Shown here: positions 50,590 to 63,089 of the stretch, piece by piece
Position numbering within the stretch: the first letter of the stretch is position 1
Layout of the letters: each line of letters opens with the position of its first letter
Assembly: GCF_036321535.1 (NCBI RefSeq)
Contig: NC_087447.1
Location: 43,774,001 to 43,838,000 of the forward strand
Length of the DNA: 64,000 nt
Source of the DNA: Camelus dromedarius
Taxonomy: Eukaryota
Reading direction: 5' to 3'
The notes under the pieces: generated by a model
What the model was told of the DNA's origin: nothing
Seen by the model: the letters and a program-made list of their open reading frames with translations, nothing else
Databases searched by the model: none
Translations under genes and position numbers: made by a program

Positions 50590-52851
50590 TGCCAAAGGCC
50601 AGCCCTGGGAGTCAGAGGAACAGACTGGAGTGTCTTCCCAGCTCACACCGGCAACCCCCCCACCCCCGCTCTCCATCATCTGCAGTGCCCCCCACCCATG
50701 GCGGTGAGTCAGGCCCTCTTTTTATCCCCTCCCCACCCACATCCCACTGTCTCAGCTGCTTGGACCAAGGAAGGGCACCCAAGTCAAGGCAAATGAAAGT
50801 CCTTCTACAGGAAAATGGGGAAGGGGTTGAAAGGGAAAAAAGAGACAGCGATGAAAATATGGAGAGAAAGAGACAGAGAGACAGCGAAATGTAGAAGTGA
50901 GGGAAGGAGAGAGCAGAATCAAAGGAAAAACAAATGACTGTTTTCCCCAAAGTTTCCAGTTTTAGCCCCAGTCCTTCCTGGAACCTAGATCCATCCCTGC
51001 CCTTGAATTCCAAGAAACCTCCCTCAATTCTTACAAAAACTCCCAAGCTAGTTCCATCTGGTTTCTATTCTATGTAATTAAAATAAACTAAGAGGAGGCC
51101 CTGGGCATCGGAGTGCCCGAGGCGCCGCGGCTCCCTGCGGCTGTGATCAGGTGAATGAGTCAGAACCTTCCACCTCTGGGGGAGCAACGGGAGCCTCACG
51201 CCTGCACTAGGTGGGGCCTGGAGTTATTCTTGCAGCCCCTGGAGCCGGGCAAAGCTTGCGGAGCCTCCCTTGTCCCAGTGCTAGCTCTGCCCTGCCTGTT
51301 CTGGTTTCCAGGTCCCAGCCCTGCACTGCAGCTTCTGCACCCCCAACTTTGGTGGAGGTTCTGCCACCCTGCTTGCCTCTGCACCGAAACTTGTCCCTGC
51401 ACCGGCCCCATGGCCAGTGTCCTGTCAGCTCCCCATCCTGCACCGCCCTCTGAGGTTTCCGGCCCGTCACCCACTCTCACTTATCTCCTCCCCTTCTTGT
51501 GTTGTTCAGGTGCTGGCCAGGTACCCCCTGCGCTGCGGAGCTGTTGAGTGTGGAGATGTTGAGCGATGCCATCAATGCCCCTTTACCATCTCGGTCTGCT
51601 GATTGATCGGCCTCTCCATCCCTTCGGGGGTTCAGGAGTCATTATTACTGTCCCCATCTCTCAAAACTGCTTCCCGTTGATTGGTTTCATTCTGGGTCGA
51701 CTGCTATGATGGCAAGATAGCAGCTAACTACACCATATTTGCATCCTCACAGCTGCAAGGTCCAGTGGGAAGATGTGACTCCTGATGGCTCCAATTAAAC
51801 TCCTAGGCCTTAAACGGGTCCCATGCCCACCCTGAACCAACCCCTGGTTGTGCTGATTGGATGTAGCCTGGGGGCACACGGAGACACTGGAGCAGAGGTT
51901 GTGGCTAGGTCCACATAAACCACGTGGATGCACGGGGTAGCGGGGGTGGGTCCTCAGGGAGAATGGGGTTCTTTTACCAGAAGAGGAAGAAGGAGCGCTG
52001 CATATGAAAAATTGTAGGTTTTCACTTCAGAGTTTTTCCCGTTAAGATAACTAGGGAAAATCGTGTTCTAATCTGAAGGAATCAATCTTTGTAGCTACAA
52101 AGTTTAGTCTGATCAGAATACAAAACTGAAAAACACATTTGTGGGAAGAAACCCACAGAATGTAACATGACTACTAAGATAAAAAAACATATTCCATTAA
52201 CTTTTAGAAACTTTTTTTGAAGGAGGCTTTCAGTTAATTTTACTGCATATTATTCGTTGCACATCCTACTGGGTTTGAAAATTATGGTTATATTGAAGCA
52301 GATGATTAGGTGGAGGAAGAAACAGCAGAAGCAAAACAACTGAAAGTAAATTAGCAAAAAACTTACATGACGAATCATTTGGGAATGTGAGGTCAAGGAA
52401 CAGTGAATTAGTGCCAGAAGGATGAAAACAAAAGAACTTTCCGGAAAACACTAAGGCGCTGTTTTAGTTTTACATTCTTCACTGAGCTGAATAATAACAG
52501 CACAGAGGGAAGAGCCTTTTAGAACCAGCAGAGCTGACTGGCCATGTGAGAACCTGGTTGTGTCTGACTGGTTCAGCTGCACCTTCTTCTAAGCTGCCTG
52601 ACTGGCAGGGAAGCAGGTTTGAGAGACTTGCTGGGAGGTGTACGTACATGCAAGTTTTCTCCTAGGAGGAGGGCAGGGGAAGAAAAAGAAAACAGCATCT
52701 TGGACAGGTGCAGGCCACCTGTTTCAATGTGATGCTGGAGAGGTGGAGAGAAAGCCTTTTCTAAGGGATGGAGAGAGGTCTGTGTCTGGATCCAGTCCAA
52801 ACAGCCTTGGTATCTGTGCTCAAGAAGCACTGGCATGGAAGAATGCTGTGA

Positions 52852-52946
52852 TTTTTTTGTTTGTTTTTAATAGAGGTACTGAGGACTGAACCCAGGACCT
52901 TGTGCATGCTAAGCATGCATTCTACCCCTGAGCTATTTTCCTCCCC
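52852..52946 (-). mobile_element. Vic-1-like SINE
   Basis: gaggtactgaggactgaacccaggaccttgtgcatgctaagcatgcattctacccctgagcta. Confidence 0.9.
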
Positions 52947-53003
52947 TCAAGAACACTGGGATTTTAAAAGCTCTGTATGGAATCAGAAAGGTCTAGTTTA
53001 AAT

Positions 53004-53370
53004 CTGTATCAGTCAGCTTTTGCTGCAATAACAAACAACCTCTAAATCTTAGCTGCTTACAACAAGAAACACTTATTTCTTGCTCGTGGGTCTGCGGGTG
53101 GGCTGCAGCCTGCTGGGCTCAGCTGGACCTGGCTCCAGACAGGTAGAGGTCTGCTTCTGTGTCTTCTTCTTCCAGGGCCCAGGTAGTTCCCATGACAAAG
53201 GCCAAAACCTCAAGGGGGTGAATAGAAACATGTGATGCTTCTTAAAGCCCTCACTTGGAACTGTCCCCCCACTTGCAGTCTAGTGGATAAAGCAAGTCAC
53301 AGGGCCGAGCCCAAGTCACTGGAGTGTAAGACTCACAGAGAGTATGGAGAGGGCTTATGACAGTGGACAC
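53004..53370 (-). mobile_element. Old MaLR LTR (MLT1J/K-like)
   Basis: tgtatcagtcagcttttgctgcaataacaaacaacc...cttatttcttgctc...aaagcaagtcacagggccgagccca. Confidence 0.8.
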
Positions 53371-54244
53371 AAAATGCCGTCTCCTTGGTATGCTAGCTCT
53401 ACCACTTTCTTGCCTGTTTTTTCATCTGGGGAGATAATACAGTTTACCTCACAGGGTGAATGTTAAATTAGATGATGCGTGTACAGCACTTAGCACAGTG
53501 CCCTGGATGGAGTAGGTGTTCCATGCAGGAAAGCTAACCTTGTCTTATTATTAATCTGAGCATCGTGTTACAGGCATGGTGTGCCTGCTTGTCTGGAGTG
53601 CAGTGACCAGCACTGGGGAGAAGGCAGGACACAGGACTGGATGGGCATAGACCAGGGCAGCAGGAGAGGAGGGGGTGTCAGGCAGGCACGTCAGGGTGCG
53701 GCTGGTGGGGAGGTCAGGGCACATCAGACCCAGGGTGATGACTGCATGAGTGGATGCACGGGTGACAGAGGGCTCAGGCCCCCTCCCAGACAACTCGGAG
53801 AACAGCAGGGCTGAGAGTGCTTGTGCCTTTCTCTTTCACCCGCAGGGCAGCCTGGTCCCTCTACTTCCTCCAGGTAAGGCAGCCTTTGCCCCTGAGACCA
53901 CACTTGCCAGGACCCACTCCTTTGCCTTCCACCCACACTGTCCAGTAGCCTCTCCTCTCCCTACTGTCCTGTCATCTTCTATTCTGTACTTCCCCCACCC
54001 TGAATGAGCCCCCTTCATGAACCATCTCCAACCCTCCTCTGGGGCTCTTCACCTGCCAACCTCTTCATCAATGACCTTTATCAAAGCTGCATCCCTCTCC
54101 TCCCCTAAGTCAACCCCAGTTCTCCCTGACGTCACGACTGCAGACTGCAGCGCTCTCCACTCCATCCTTCGAATTCCTTGTTTCTTAGGGTAGTGTTGTC
54201 TCTTTTGCTCTTTCATGCCTTTGCCCCTATGCCACCCTTAAAAA

Positions 54245-54370
54245 TTTTTTTTTTATTTTGGTGGGGGAGATAATTAGGTTTATTCATTTATTTTTAATGG
54301 AGGTACTGGGGTTTGAACCCAGGACCTTGAGCATGTGAAGCACAGGCTCTACCACTGAGCTATACCCTCG
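54245..54370 (-). mobile_element. Vic-1-like SINE
   Basis: taattaggtttatt...ggaggtactggggtttgaacccaggaccttgagcatgtgaagcacaggctctaccactgagctataccctc. Confidence 0.92.
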
Positions 54371-55619
54371 CAGCTCCTTTGCCTTCTTGTAATTCCGCCC
54401 ATCTCTCCTCCCAGCTACCCCCAGTAACACCCTTGGCCGCCCCTCTTCATCTATGAAGATTAAGGCCCCTCCTGCTCCCAATCTTCCCTTCCACCCCCAG
54501 CCCTGCCATTGCCCCACACTAGTAACCAGGCCAGGGAGGGGTCCCACCTGGGTGCCAACTCATCCCATTGTGAACCCAGAGCTGGGCATATAGTGGCGAT
54601 GGCGGTCGGGGTGGGAAGGTAACACAGATCTCTGGAAAAGCTGTAGAGACACAGACCCTAACTCAGTGTGTCCACGGCAGAATTATCTTGGAGGTGAGTT
54701 ATTTATATAAATGGTGAGTTATTTTGAACGAATTCTTTGGGATCTGCAGCAGAGGGGTTTTGCCCATTATTAAATGATTTCAGTGATGTCTGGAAAACAA
54801 AAAGTATGCTATACAACACTGGAGACGGTGGGTACCACTGCCATTTTCAGCAGAGACTGGAGCGGGATGATCACAGTGTGAAATGGCAGTAAATAAATCC
54901 CAGCGGTCTAGCTGAAGCCGCCAGAAGCACGCACGCAGGATGCTTTCTTCTTCTGGGCAGGAGGTGTGTGCTTGTACCTGGTCTCCACCGTGTGGCCGGT
55001 GCCGCGGGGACTGGAGCCCTGAGCAGAGAAGACAAGATCCCACCAGGTGTCTGTGTGCACACCGCTCAATTTCACACTTTCAAAGGCAATGATGCTTCCT
55101 GAAAGCCTCAGGCCAGGTCCCCGCACCTGAGCACGGCTCCCTCTCACAGCAAAGGCTGCTTGCAGAACAGATTTGAGACAGAAGCAGTGGCTCTGAACTC
55201 TTCTGGAGGCCACGGCCTCTCCCCTTTGTCCACCTCCCCTCCTGCCCCTCCATTCCGTACCTTCTCAGACTGACAAGCAAAGTTATAAAATCACCTGGAA
55301 GTAAGAAATACCCAGAGTCTTTGGGACCCTGAAGCCCAGCTGTATCTCTCTGTGGATTGTTGAGACTTTTCCTAAAAGCCTTTCCAGAACTGGAGATTCC
55401 AGGCTGTCAGTCAAAGCAGGCGATGTCGTCGGTGAGTTTTTCCCATCAGCTTTTCAGGGGGTAGAGGTTGAAACATGCAAACCACTGGAATCGTGCACTG
55501 AGTGCACTGAGGACCCCCAGTCTGGGAGTCAGCAAAGGGGCTTGTGAACCTCATGCTGAGCACGTGAGAAGCTGGGCCCTGCATCCCTCCCTCTTTCCCT
55601 GTGTATATCTCTCTCTCTC

Positions 55620-56080
55620 CTTCAGTCAACACTGAGCACCTACTCATGTGCTGGGGCCTACATAGGGTCTAGGGATTCAGAGACACATGAGAGTCGATCC
55701 CTGCTCCCAGAGAACGCATCATCTATTCAGGAAGACAAACACAAAGTTACAACACAGCCTTATGGGAGCTATCACAAAGGTATCTGCATGGGAGAGGAGG
55801 CTACGCTTGGGTTGAATCTTAAAGAAGTATGCAAGGCCGTTCTGGGGAGGTATCTCAGGCAGACGCAACAGCACATGCAAAAGCGAAGTGAGGTCACAGC
55901 GCAGCATCTCTGCATCCTAGGAGCTGGTGTGGCCTGGCTGGGGCATAAAATGTCAAAGGGCAGCCGACGGAGGACTGTGACTCCAGACAGAGACAAAAGA
56001 GCCAGTCTGTGAATGGCTGTGTGCACTCAAAGGAATCTGGGTTCCATCCTGTGAAAGTAAGCCAAGGAAAGTGGAAGGGA
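55620..56080. mobile_element. L2 fragment
   Basis: ttcagtcaacactgagcacctac...atccctgctccca...ttgaatcttaaagaag...cagcacatgcaaaagc. Confidence 0.65.
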
Positions 56081-56167
56081 AAGACAGAATTGGGATGAGG
56101 TGCCCGGGAGACAGGAAGCAGGCAGGCAATCCCAGGCACTCACTGGGGCACAGAGCAGTGGAAAAGC

Positions 56168-57265
56168 TGAGCGGTCTGTCAGCCAGTGCTCTCACCCTTG
56201 CTGCAGACTCACACATACTTCCCTGCCACCAGACCCCATATGCCAAAGCAAAGTGCGTGCCCCTGGACCCTAGGAGTGTAATACTGAAGGACAAATCTGA
56301 CTCCATATTTGACCTGTTCCTTTAGCTCCAACCCTGTGCTCTGTTTCCTGTGCTGAGTCATGCTGGTTCTGCACCCTTTGTAAAAGAATGCTGCCCATAG
56401 CCTTTAATATACAGGAGAGCCCATTCTCAAGGCTCTGACCTTTAAGGGTCTAACACTTTCCATTCACATAGAGACAAAAAGTTGCAGAACAGAGGACAAC
56501 ATTTGTCTTGTTGGAAGTTTACAGGGACACCATGACCTGACCTACTTGGACAGCTGCAAGAACAAAGGATTCTGACACCAAGAAGTTTGTAACAACAAAC
56601 CCTCCCCCCTCCCCTTTTAGCGTAAAAGCAGCCTGAATTCTAACTTGGGTAAGATGGTTCTTTGGGACACAGTTCCCAGTTGAAATTACAAACTGGCTGT
56701 AGTTTTAAGCAAAACGTGCTACAGTTCCTGCTGGATCTCTGAGGGGGCACCCTCCCGGAAGCCTCCTAGCCAACAAAGCATCCTCCCAGTTCTGTGGGAC
56801 ACATCTCAGTTTTCTGGCTTTCTGAATAAAGTTGCTATTCCTTGCCCCAACATCTTGTCTCTCGATTTACTGGCCTGTCACACAGCGAGCAATACTAGCT
56901 TGAACTCTGTAATAAATTCTCTGCAATCAGTATCACATACACTAAGGTGAGAAAGTAATAATACAGCACAACTCAGAGAGGGACACAGACTGTATCAAAA
57001 TAATAGACAATGCAGAACCTAGACTGTTTAAGAAAAACTAGATTATATTTATTTTTAAGATTAAAAACTAGACTATATCTTTTCCCAACTAAATACAGGT
57101 TTCTCTAATTCCTCAGAGAGGAAGAACTGTTCTTTCGTATTACACTCCTGGGGTCCAGGGGCACACACTTCCTGGTGTCCCTTTGCTTTGGCATATGGGG
57201 TTTGGTGGCAGGGAAGTATGTGTGAGTCTGAGCACGGGTGAGAGCACTGGCTGACGGACCGCTCA
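56168..57265. repeat. Inverted repeat, arms 56168-56284 and 57137-57265, 852-bp spacer
   Basis: Hand alignment gives 5 substitutions, one 1-nt indel and one 13-nt indel. Also visible as the peptide SHILPCHQTPYAKAK in ORFs on both strands. Confidence 0.95.
56285..56914 (+). mobile_element. ERV1-type solo LTR carrying a foreign mosaic insert
   Basis: tgaaggacaaatctgactccatat...gcccatagcct...AATAAA 56825-56830...ttgctattccttgccccaaca...gaactctgtaata; U3-R-U5-like layout; no matching TSD found. Confidence 0.8.
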
Positions 57266-57619
57266 CGGAATCTTCTGAGAGAGACAGAAAAGGGCTTCAG
57301 AGATGCAGGAGAGAAGCAGGCCTGTTTGGCAGTAAGGTTCCTGGAGGAGCCTAAGGGCAGAAGCCAAGGAAGGAAGGGCTGGATCAGAAGGGACGAGGTC
57401 ACAGAGCAGAGGGCTCCTGGGGGGTCAGCACCAAGGGAGGTCAGGGTCGGAGAGGGCAGCGGCTGTGAAGTCCAAGGCTGGCGCCATGCTCTCTCAGAGG
57501 CCACTGGGCCTCACGGCCGCCCATCTTTGGACACTTGGGTTCTCCCTCTGCTCCCTTCTTTCCCTGGTACCTGCCTGCATGTGAAATCACACCAGTGATC
57601 GCACTGTCCCTAGCGTCCA

Positions 57620-57830
57620 TTAAGCGCCAGACACTGTGTTGAACACGTGACATGGCTTTCTCATTGGCAAGCCTCACGGCAGCTCCGCGAGGTCGGCCTA
57701 CTCCTGCACCTTCCCGAAGCTGAGTCATCTGAGGCCTGGAGAAGTTCATGGCCTGGCTCAAGGACACCCAGCCCAGAAGTGGGGGGCGAACCGTGAGCCC
57801 AGGAGCCCTGGGCCTGTGCTTTTTACACAT
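57620..57830 (-). mobile_element. MIR fragment
   Basis: gcgccagacactgtgttgaac...ctgaggcctggagaagttcatggcctggctcaaggacacccagc. Confidence 0.6.
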
Positions 57831-59940
57831 CACAGGCTGCGGGTTCCCTCAGTGAGAAGACCTCACCCCTTTCTGTTAGCGAGTGGCCAGTGGTCCAGGG
57901 CCTCTGCAAAATCCCAAAAGGGGGCACCCTCCCGGCAGCCTCTCAGCAAACAAACCATCCTCCGTTCTGCCTCGAGGTTCCTCTAGTCCCAGGGGCCATC
58001 CAGCTCTGCAAAATCACCAGGAAGATCAAAGGCAAAGCTGGCACCACCTCCTGTGGCCAGGGCCTGGGGAGAGAGCAACCAGCAGGCGCCAACTTCCCTG
58101 GGCTCTGCCTCCCAGGGAAAGCAAGCACATGTGCTTCTGTTGGCTCTGGAAATGGGGCAATTTCTCACTTAAAACCAACTGAAAACAAACTTCGGTGCCT
58201 TGAAAATTACACATTCACAGTTCATCTCTAGACTCTGGAACAGGATTAGATGGTAATGATTTAATTGATGGTTAAGTGTGTAGATAAAATGAATGTGCTG
58301 AATCCTTTCCGTAATTATCTCTCCAAGGAGCCCCAGCAGCTGTAATTACCGTCTGAGGCCGAAATTACAAACCAGCTGTAGTTTTAAGCAAAATGTGCTG
58401 CAGCTCCTGCTGGATCTCTGAACACAAGTCGGCCACTCCCGGCCCAGAGGCCCACGTGGCCCCCGACCGACCCAATGAAACACTGCTCTTGCAAAGCCTC
58501 CTCTCCCGGAACTTCAGACCCGTTCACGGTTGCTCTGCAGCCCTGGTCTTCACTGGCACTGCATGGCTCGCTCTCCCTTGCTGCTGGCAATCCTCCCTCC
58601 TGCCCATTCTCTACCAGGAAGATTTCTCAGACCAGCCCGCTCACACTGATCTCACACTAGGGGCCAAGACTGGCTGAAGAAAGGGGTGCCCTTAAATCTC
58701 AGCTCAGGGAGGCCAGTGGCACTCTCACTGTGCTGGAGGTTGACCCATGGGGTCACTGCAGCTCAGGGTCTACACACTGTTGGCGGCCAATAAACCAAAT
58801 TAGGTTATAAATCCACTTTTAGTTACAATGAACCAGAAGAGTTGTCTCTATTGATCAAAAGAACTCAGTCATAATTAAATTCCTTGCAGAAACTAGGGTC
58901 CTGCCTGGATAATTATGCAAAATTCACATATTCATTCAACAGCCACAAGAGAATCTCTGGGTTCTTCCTACGGGCCAGTTGCTGTTTGGAGGATTGGGTT
59001 GAACTCGGTGAACAGAGCAGAGGTGGCCCCTGCAATACTGGACTGTGTGGCTCCTGACTTGTCCTCAACTTGACCAGGAACCTGGCAAAGGTGCCGGCCA
59101 GCACAGACAGTTCCATACATCCGGATCGGCCTCTGGAGAGGAGGAGGGGGTGGAAGAGGCGGGGAGAGAGCACAGGAGCTGGATGCCAGCAGAGGCTGTG
59201 GGAAACGATGGGCTTGGGTCTCGGCAACCTCTTCCACACATTCGGCACCTCCTGAGATGCCTACTGTGCGCGCAGGCTCTGCTCCTCTGTCGTTCACCCC
59301 TTCTACCCCGAACCAAGGACCCCACGCCCTATCCTCACAGGGCTCTCACTAGGTGTGAACAAGACTGAACACTGCACCAGATGCCGCTTATCAAAGCTGT
59401 TATCGAACAATGTGTATAATGATCTACTTGCATCCATCCCCTTAACTGGACCGTGAATTTCACGGTGGCTGGGATTAGCGTTTTCCCCCTGCATCTCCAG
59501 TGCCTGGTGGAATGCTTACCGCCTGCTCAGAAATATTTGGTTTACAAATGAAAACAAACCATAAAATGCTAGGGAGGAAGAAGACAGGTGTGACCAACAC
59601 ATTCCACTACTGGGGGAGGCGGAGGTGAGGGAAGGTCAGAGTCTCCAATTCTGCCCCTAAAGGGGAAGCGGTGCTCAATTCCAGGGATTCTGTCAGGTGA
59701 AGGTGCTAGGCAGGGGAGTCTGTGGAATGCTGAGCAAATCTAGGTTCACAGGGGTACGCTGAAATTCATTTACTCCCACTCCCATCTCTTCATATTCATT
59801 CATTTTCTCTCTCTCTCCATTTTTCCTCAGTAGACTGTGCTTATGCAAGGCGAGCACCATGTATTTTTATCGCTGAGTCCTGTGTCCACACATTGCACAC
59901 TACAAAGCGGCCCTAAAAAAGCGTTTAAGAATGAGCACGT

Positions 59941-60661
59941 GAGGAATGGGAATTGGTGCAGCCACTACGGAAAACAGTACGGAGGTTCCTTAAAAAACTA
60001 AAAATAGAGTTACCACATGATCCTGCAATCCCACACCTGGGCATATATCCAGAGAAAACGTTAATTTGAAAAGATTCATGTACCCCAGTGTTCATAGCAG
60101 CACTATTTACAATAGCCAAGATGTGAAAGCAACCTAAATGTCCATCCACAGATGACTGGATAAAGAAGATGTGGTATATATATACACAACAGAGTACTAC
60201 GCAACCATAAAAAAAAGAATGAAATAATGCCATTTGCAGTAACATGGATGGACCTAGAGATCATCATTCTAGGTGAAGTAAGCCAGAAAGAGAAAGAAAA
60301 ATACCATATGATACCACTCATACATGGAATCTAAAAGAATTAAGGACACAAATGAACTTATTTACAAAACAGGAACAGACTCACAGACATAGAAAACAAA
60401 CTTGTGGTTACCAAAGGGGAAAGGAGAAGAAAAGAGATAAATGAGGAGTTTGGGATTAGTAGATACACACTACTATATATAAAATAGACAAACAGTAAGG
60501 TCCTACTGTATAGCACAGGGAACTATATTCAATACCCTGTAATAAACCATAAAGGAAAAGAATATGAGAAAGAATATATATATATAACTAAATCACTGTG
60601 CTGTACACCAGAAACTAACACAACATTGTAAATCAACTATACTTCAATTTAAAAAAAAAAA
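59941..60661 (+). mobile_element. 5'-truncated L1 (ORF2 C-terminal remnant plus 3'UTR and poly(A))
   Basis: ggtgcagccactacggaaaacagtacggaggttcct...atagcagcactatttacaatagccaag...ctatacttcaatttaaaaaaa; degenerate TSD aagaatgagcacgt (59927-59940) / aagaacgaacacat (60662-60675). Confidence 0.95.
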
Positions 60662-62367
60662 AAGAACGAACACATCAGTGAAGTCATCTGAGTGCTGAAG
60701 GGTTACCTGCAGTGACCCCAGTGGCCAGAGGAGGGCAGCAAAGGGTAGCAGAGCTGACGGCAGAGGCCTGTTTTAGAGGATGACTTGGGTCTTATGACCC
60801 ACGTGAGTATTAGGTGAGAGCACCAAGACTGGAGAAAATTGCTGACAGAAGTCCAGCAAAGCCCAGCATCATAAAGGAGGGTGAGCAGTTTGAGTGGGGA
60901 GCTAGAGAGGCTGGTGGCCAGTGCTGGGGTCGAGGTGTGGAGGGAGCTGATGTCAGGATCACAGGTGAAGTAAGTGGTCTAGAGCCGCGTGTTGGCAGGG
61001 CAAGCCCCGTGCTGAGCGCCCCCAGGGTCCCCAGACTTACCCCTGGCTTTGACTCCGGCCCTTAACTGACAAACACTCTGAGAGTCCGGGATCACATCAT
61101 CTTCCACCCTGGTTTGGGCTCAGGAGAGAGGGCCAAGACCACAGTAGGGCTGGTTTTGTGAAGGATGCGCTAAATGTCCCCCTCAGGTGTGGGAACTGGC
61201 AGAGCCCTGGGGCCTTAAAAGAAGAGCTCTCCTCTAGGTGGACTGTCCTTGGAGTACTGATGGCAGGAACAGAGGAGTGACAGGTGACAGGTGGGGAGCA
61301 GGACCGTGTCCTGCCGGCCTGGATCAGCCCTCACCTGGAGAGGTTCTCAGCCAGGGTTGCTGGTCTGGCGAGCTTTGGGATCCAGACTTGATCTGCTGCC
61401 CTGCCTGCGTCAGCTTGAGCCTTTTGGAACTGGCTAGAAAACGACAGATGACAGAGTCCAGAGTTGCAGACATCAGGGGAGGGATGGGGACTCACAGCTG
61501 GAGGTGAGACGCATATTACTGGGGGACAAGGGGATGGTATTCATGTCACTCTGAAGAAGGGATTCTGCCCAGGTTGGAAAATGGTGTCCTCCAAATCAGG
61601 GGAAGGTCTTTTGCGCTTGGTGGATGGGACGCGGCTGGCAAACCCAGGTGGTAGGACACGACCCTTTGGGATGCTACGAGGATCAGTAGCTTTGGGAGTC
61701 CTTAGCCCAGGAGATTATGAAAAGGCACATGCTGTCAGGTATTTTTAACCAAAGCGACTTGCTGCCTGATGCTCACAGCCTCCTAGCTGTGACACACCTG
61801 TGGCCCTGCATCAAGTACATGGCTCCTTGAAAAGGCCCAGCTTCCCAGCACAGATGGAGCAGACTTCTAGGTTCAGGACTGGAGTGCGCTCCTCAGGGAA
61901 GTGGAGAAACAGGCAAAGTTCATGTTTCTAGACAGCGGAAGTGCTGCAGAGGGGCAGGGTGGTGCTGAGAGATACCGGGTCGTAAGAAAAGGCAAGACCG
62001 CATTTCCCTCCTTTCATCTTTCCTATGCGTCTGTGTAGAGCATCAGGAACTGCGTTTCTCTGAGTGCCTCCCTACTGTCACTTCCAACTGCAGAGTCAGA
62101 AGAGCATTCTACGGTGCCTTTCAAATTTTCCAAGTCTCTCCATCCAGGCTCCCAACAATGGAAAACGTCCACCTTTATTTTCCCTTCCAAGGTTTGGAAA
62201 ATCTTTATCCTAAAGCTTATGGTAGAATCTGACCATATCTAAACACGCCTTCACTGCCTCAGTCTCTCCGCTGGTTTTCCTGAGGGTCTCATTACTTCTA
62301 CTTTGCAAAAGAGTTATTTTTTGACATCTTTTCTTTCTCCTTCTCCTCATCAAAAAACATATATATT

Positions 62368-62498
62368 TGTTTTGTTTTTGTTTGTTTTTTGAGGGGAGCG
62401 GTAATTAGGTTTATTTTTTTTAGTGGTGGTACTGGGGACTTAACCCAGGACCTTGAGCATGCTAGGCATGCACTCTACCACTGAGCTGTACCCTCCCC
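62368..62498 (-). mobile_element. Vic-1-like SINE
   Basis: ggtaattaggtttatt...ggtactggggacttaacccaggaccttgagcatgctaggcatgcactctaccactgagctgtaccctcccc. Confidence 0.92.
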
Positions 62499-62569
62499 AC
62501 CTTGTCCTCATTTTGATATATACTTTTTCTGACTCACTGTCTACATTTATCAGAAGATGCCTTGTGAAG

Positions 62570-63088
62570 TACACTGTTAATCACTTGCCCACCACGCATC
62601 CCCCCATTTTCTTCTTCCTAAGTGAACCCTGAATTTACCCAGGTTCCCACCTCACCCCATGCACCTAGACATCTCGGGGAAGGGATCCATCTCCAGGACT
62701 GGACCTATTTGGCCCACATAATCTGATTTCTCTTGCTAATGATGGACGTAAAAATTGGCATACTGCTGGCCATGACATGGAAGGGGAAAGCCTTTCGGAG
62801 ACTTGAGAAATTTCTTCCTTGCTCCTGATAGAGAGCTTCAGGAAGTGCATTTTCCTCTGGTCCTTTTCAGATCTGGATGCAATGCCTAGCACTGCAACCA
62901 TCTCGCCTCCAACCTGAAGATGAATCAAAAAGGAAGGCTGGCCCAGCAGCCTGGAAAGATCCATGACCTTGACCCCACCATGAGCCCCTGAATCTATAAC
63001 CCTCAGTCCCCATCTCAACCCTGACTCCTTCGCCAGGCGATACATTTTCTCACTGTCTAATCCAGTTTGTGTCAGGATTTCTGTTCTT
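62570..63088 (+). mobile_element. Old MaLR LTR fragment
   Basis: atgcctagcactgcaaccatctcgcc...tccagtttgtgtcaggatttctgtt-type MLT1 motifs; degenerate. Confidence 0.5.
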
Positions 63089-63089
63089 T

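Noticed and set aside
59925..60321. Minus-strand ORFs of 106 and 72 aa
   Set aside because: Antisense translations of the L1 3' region.
60721..60740. Possible third CTCF motif tggccagaggagggcagca
   Set aside because: Mismatches in the core positions; too weak to call without a PWM scan.
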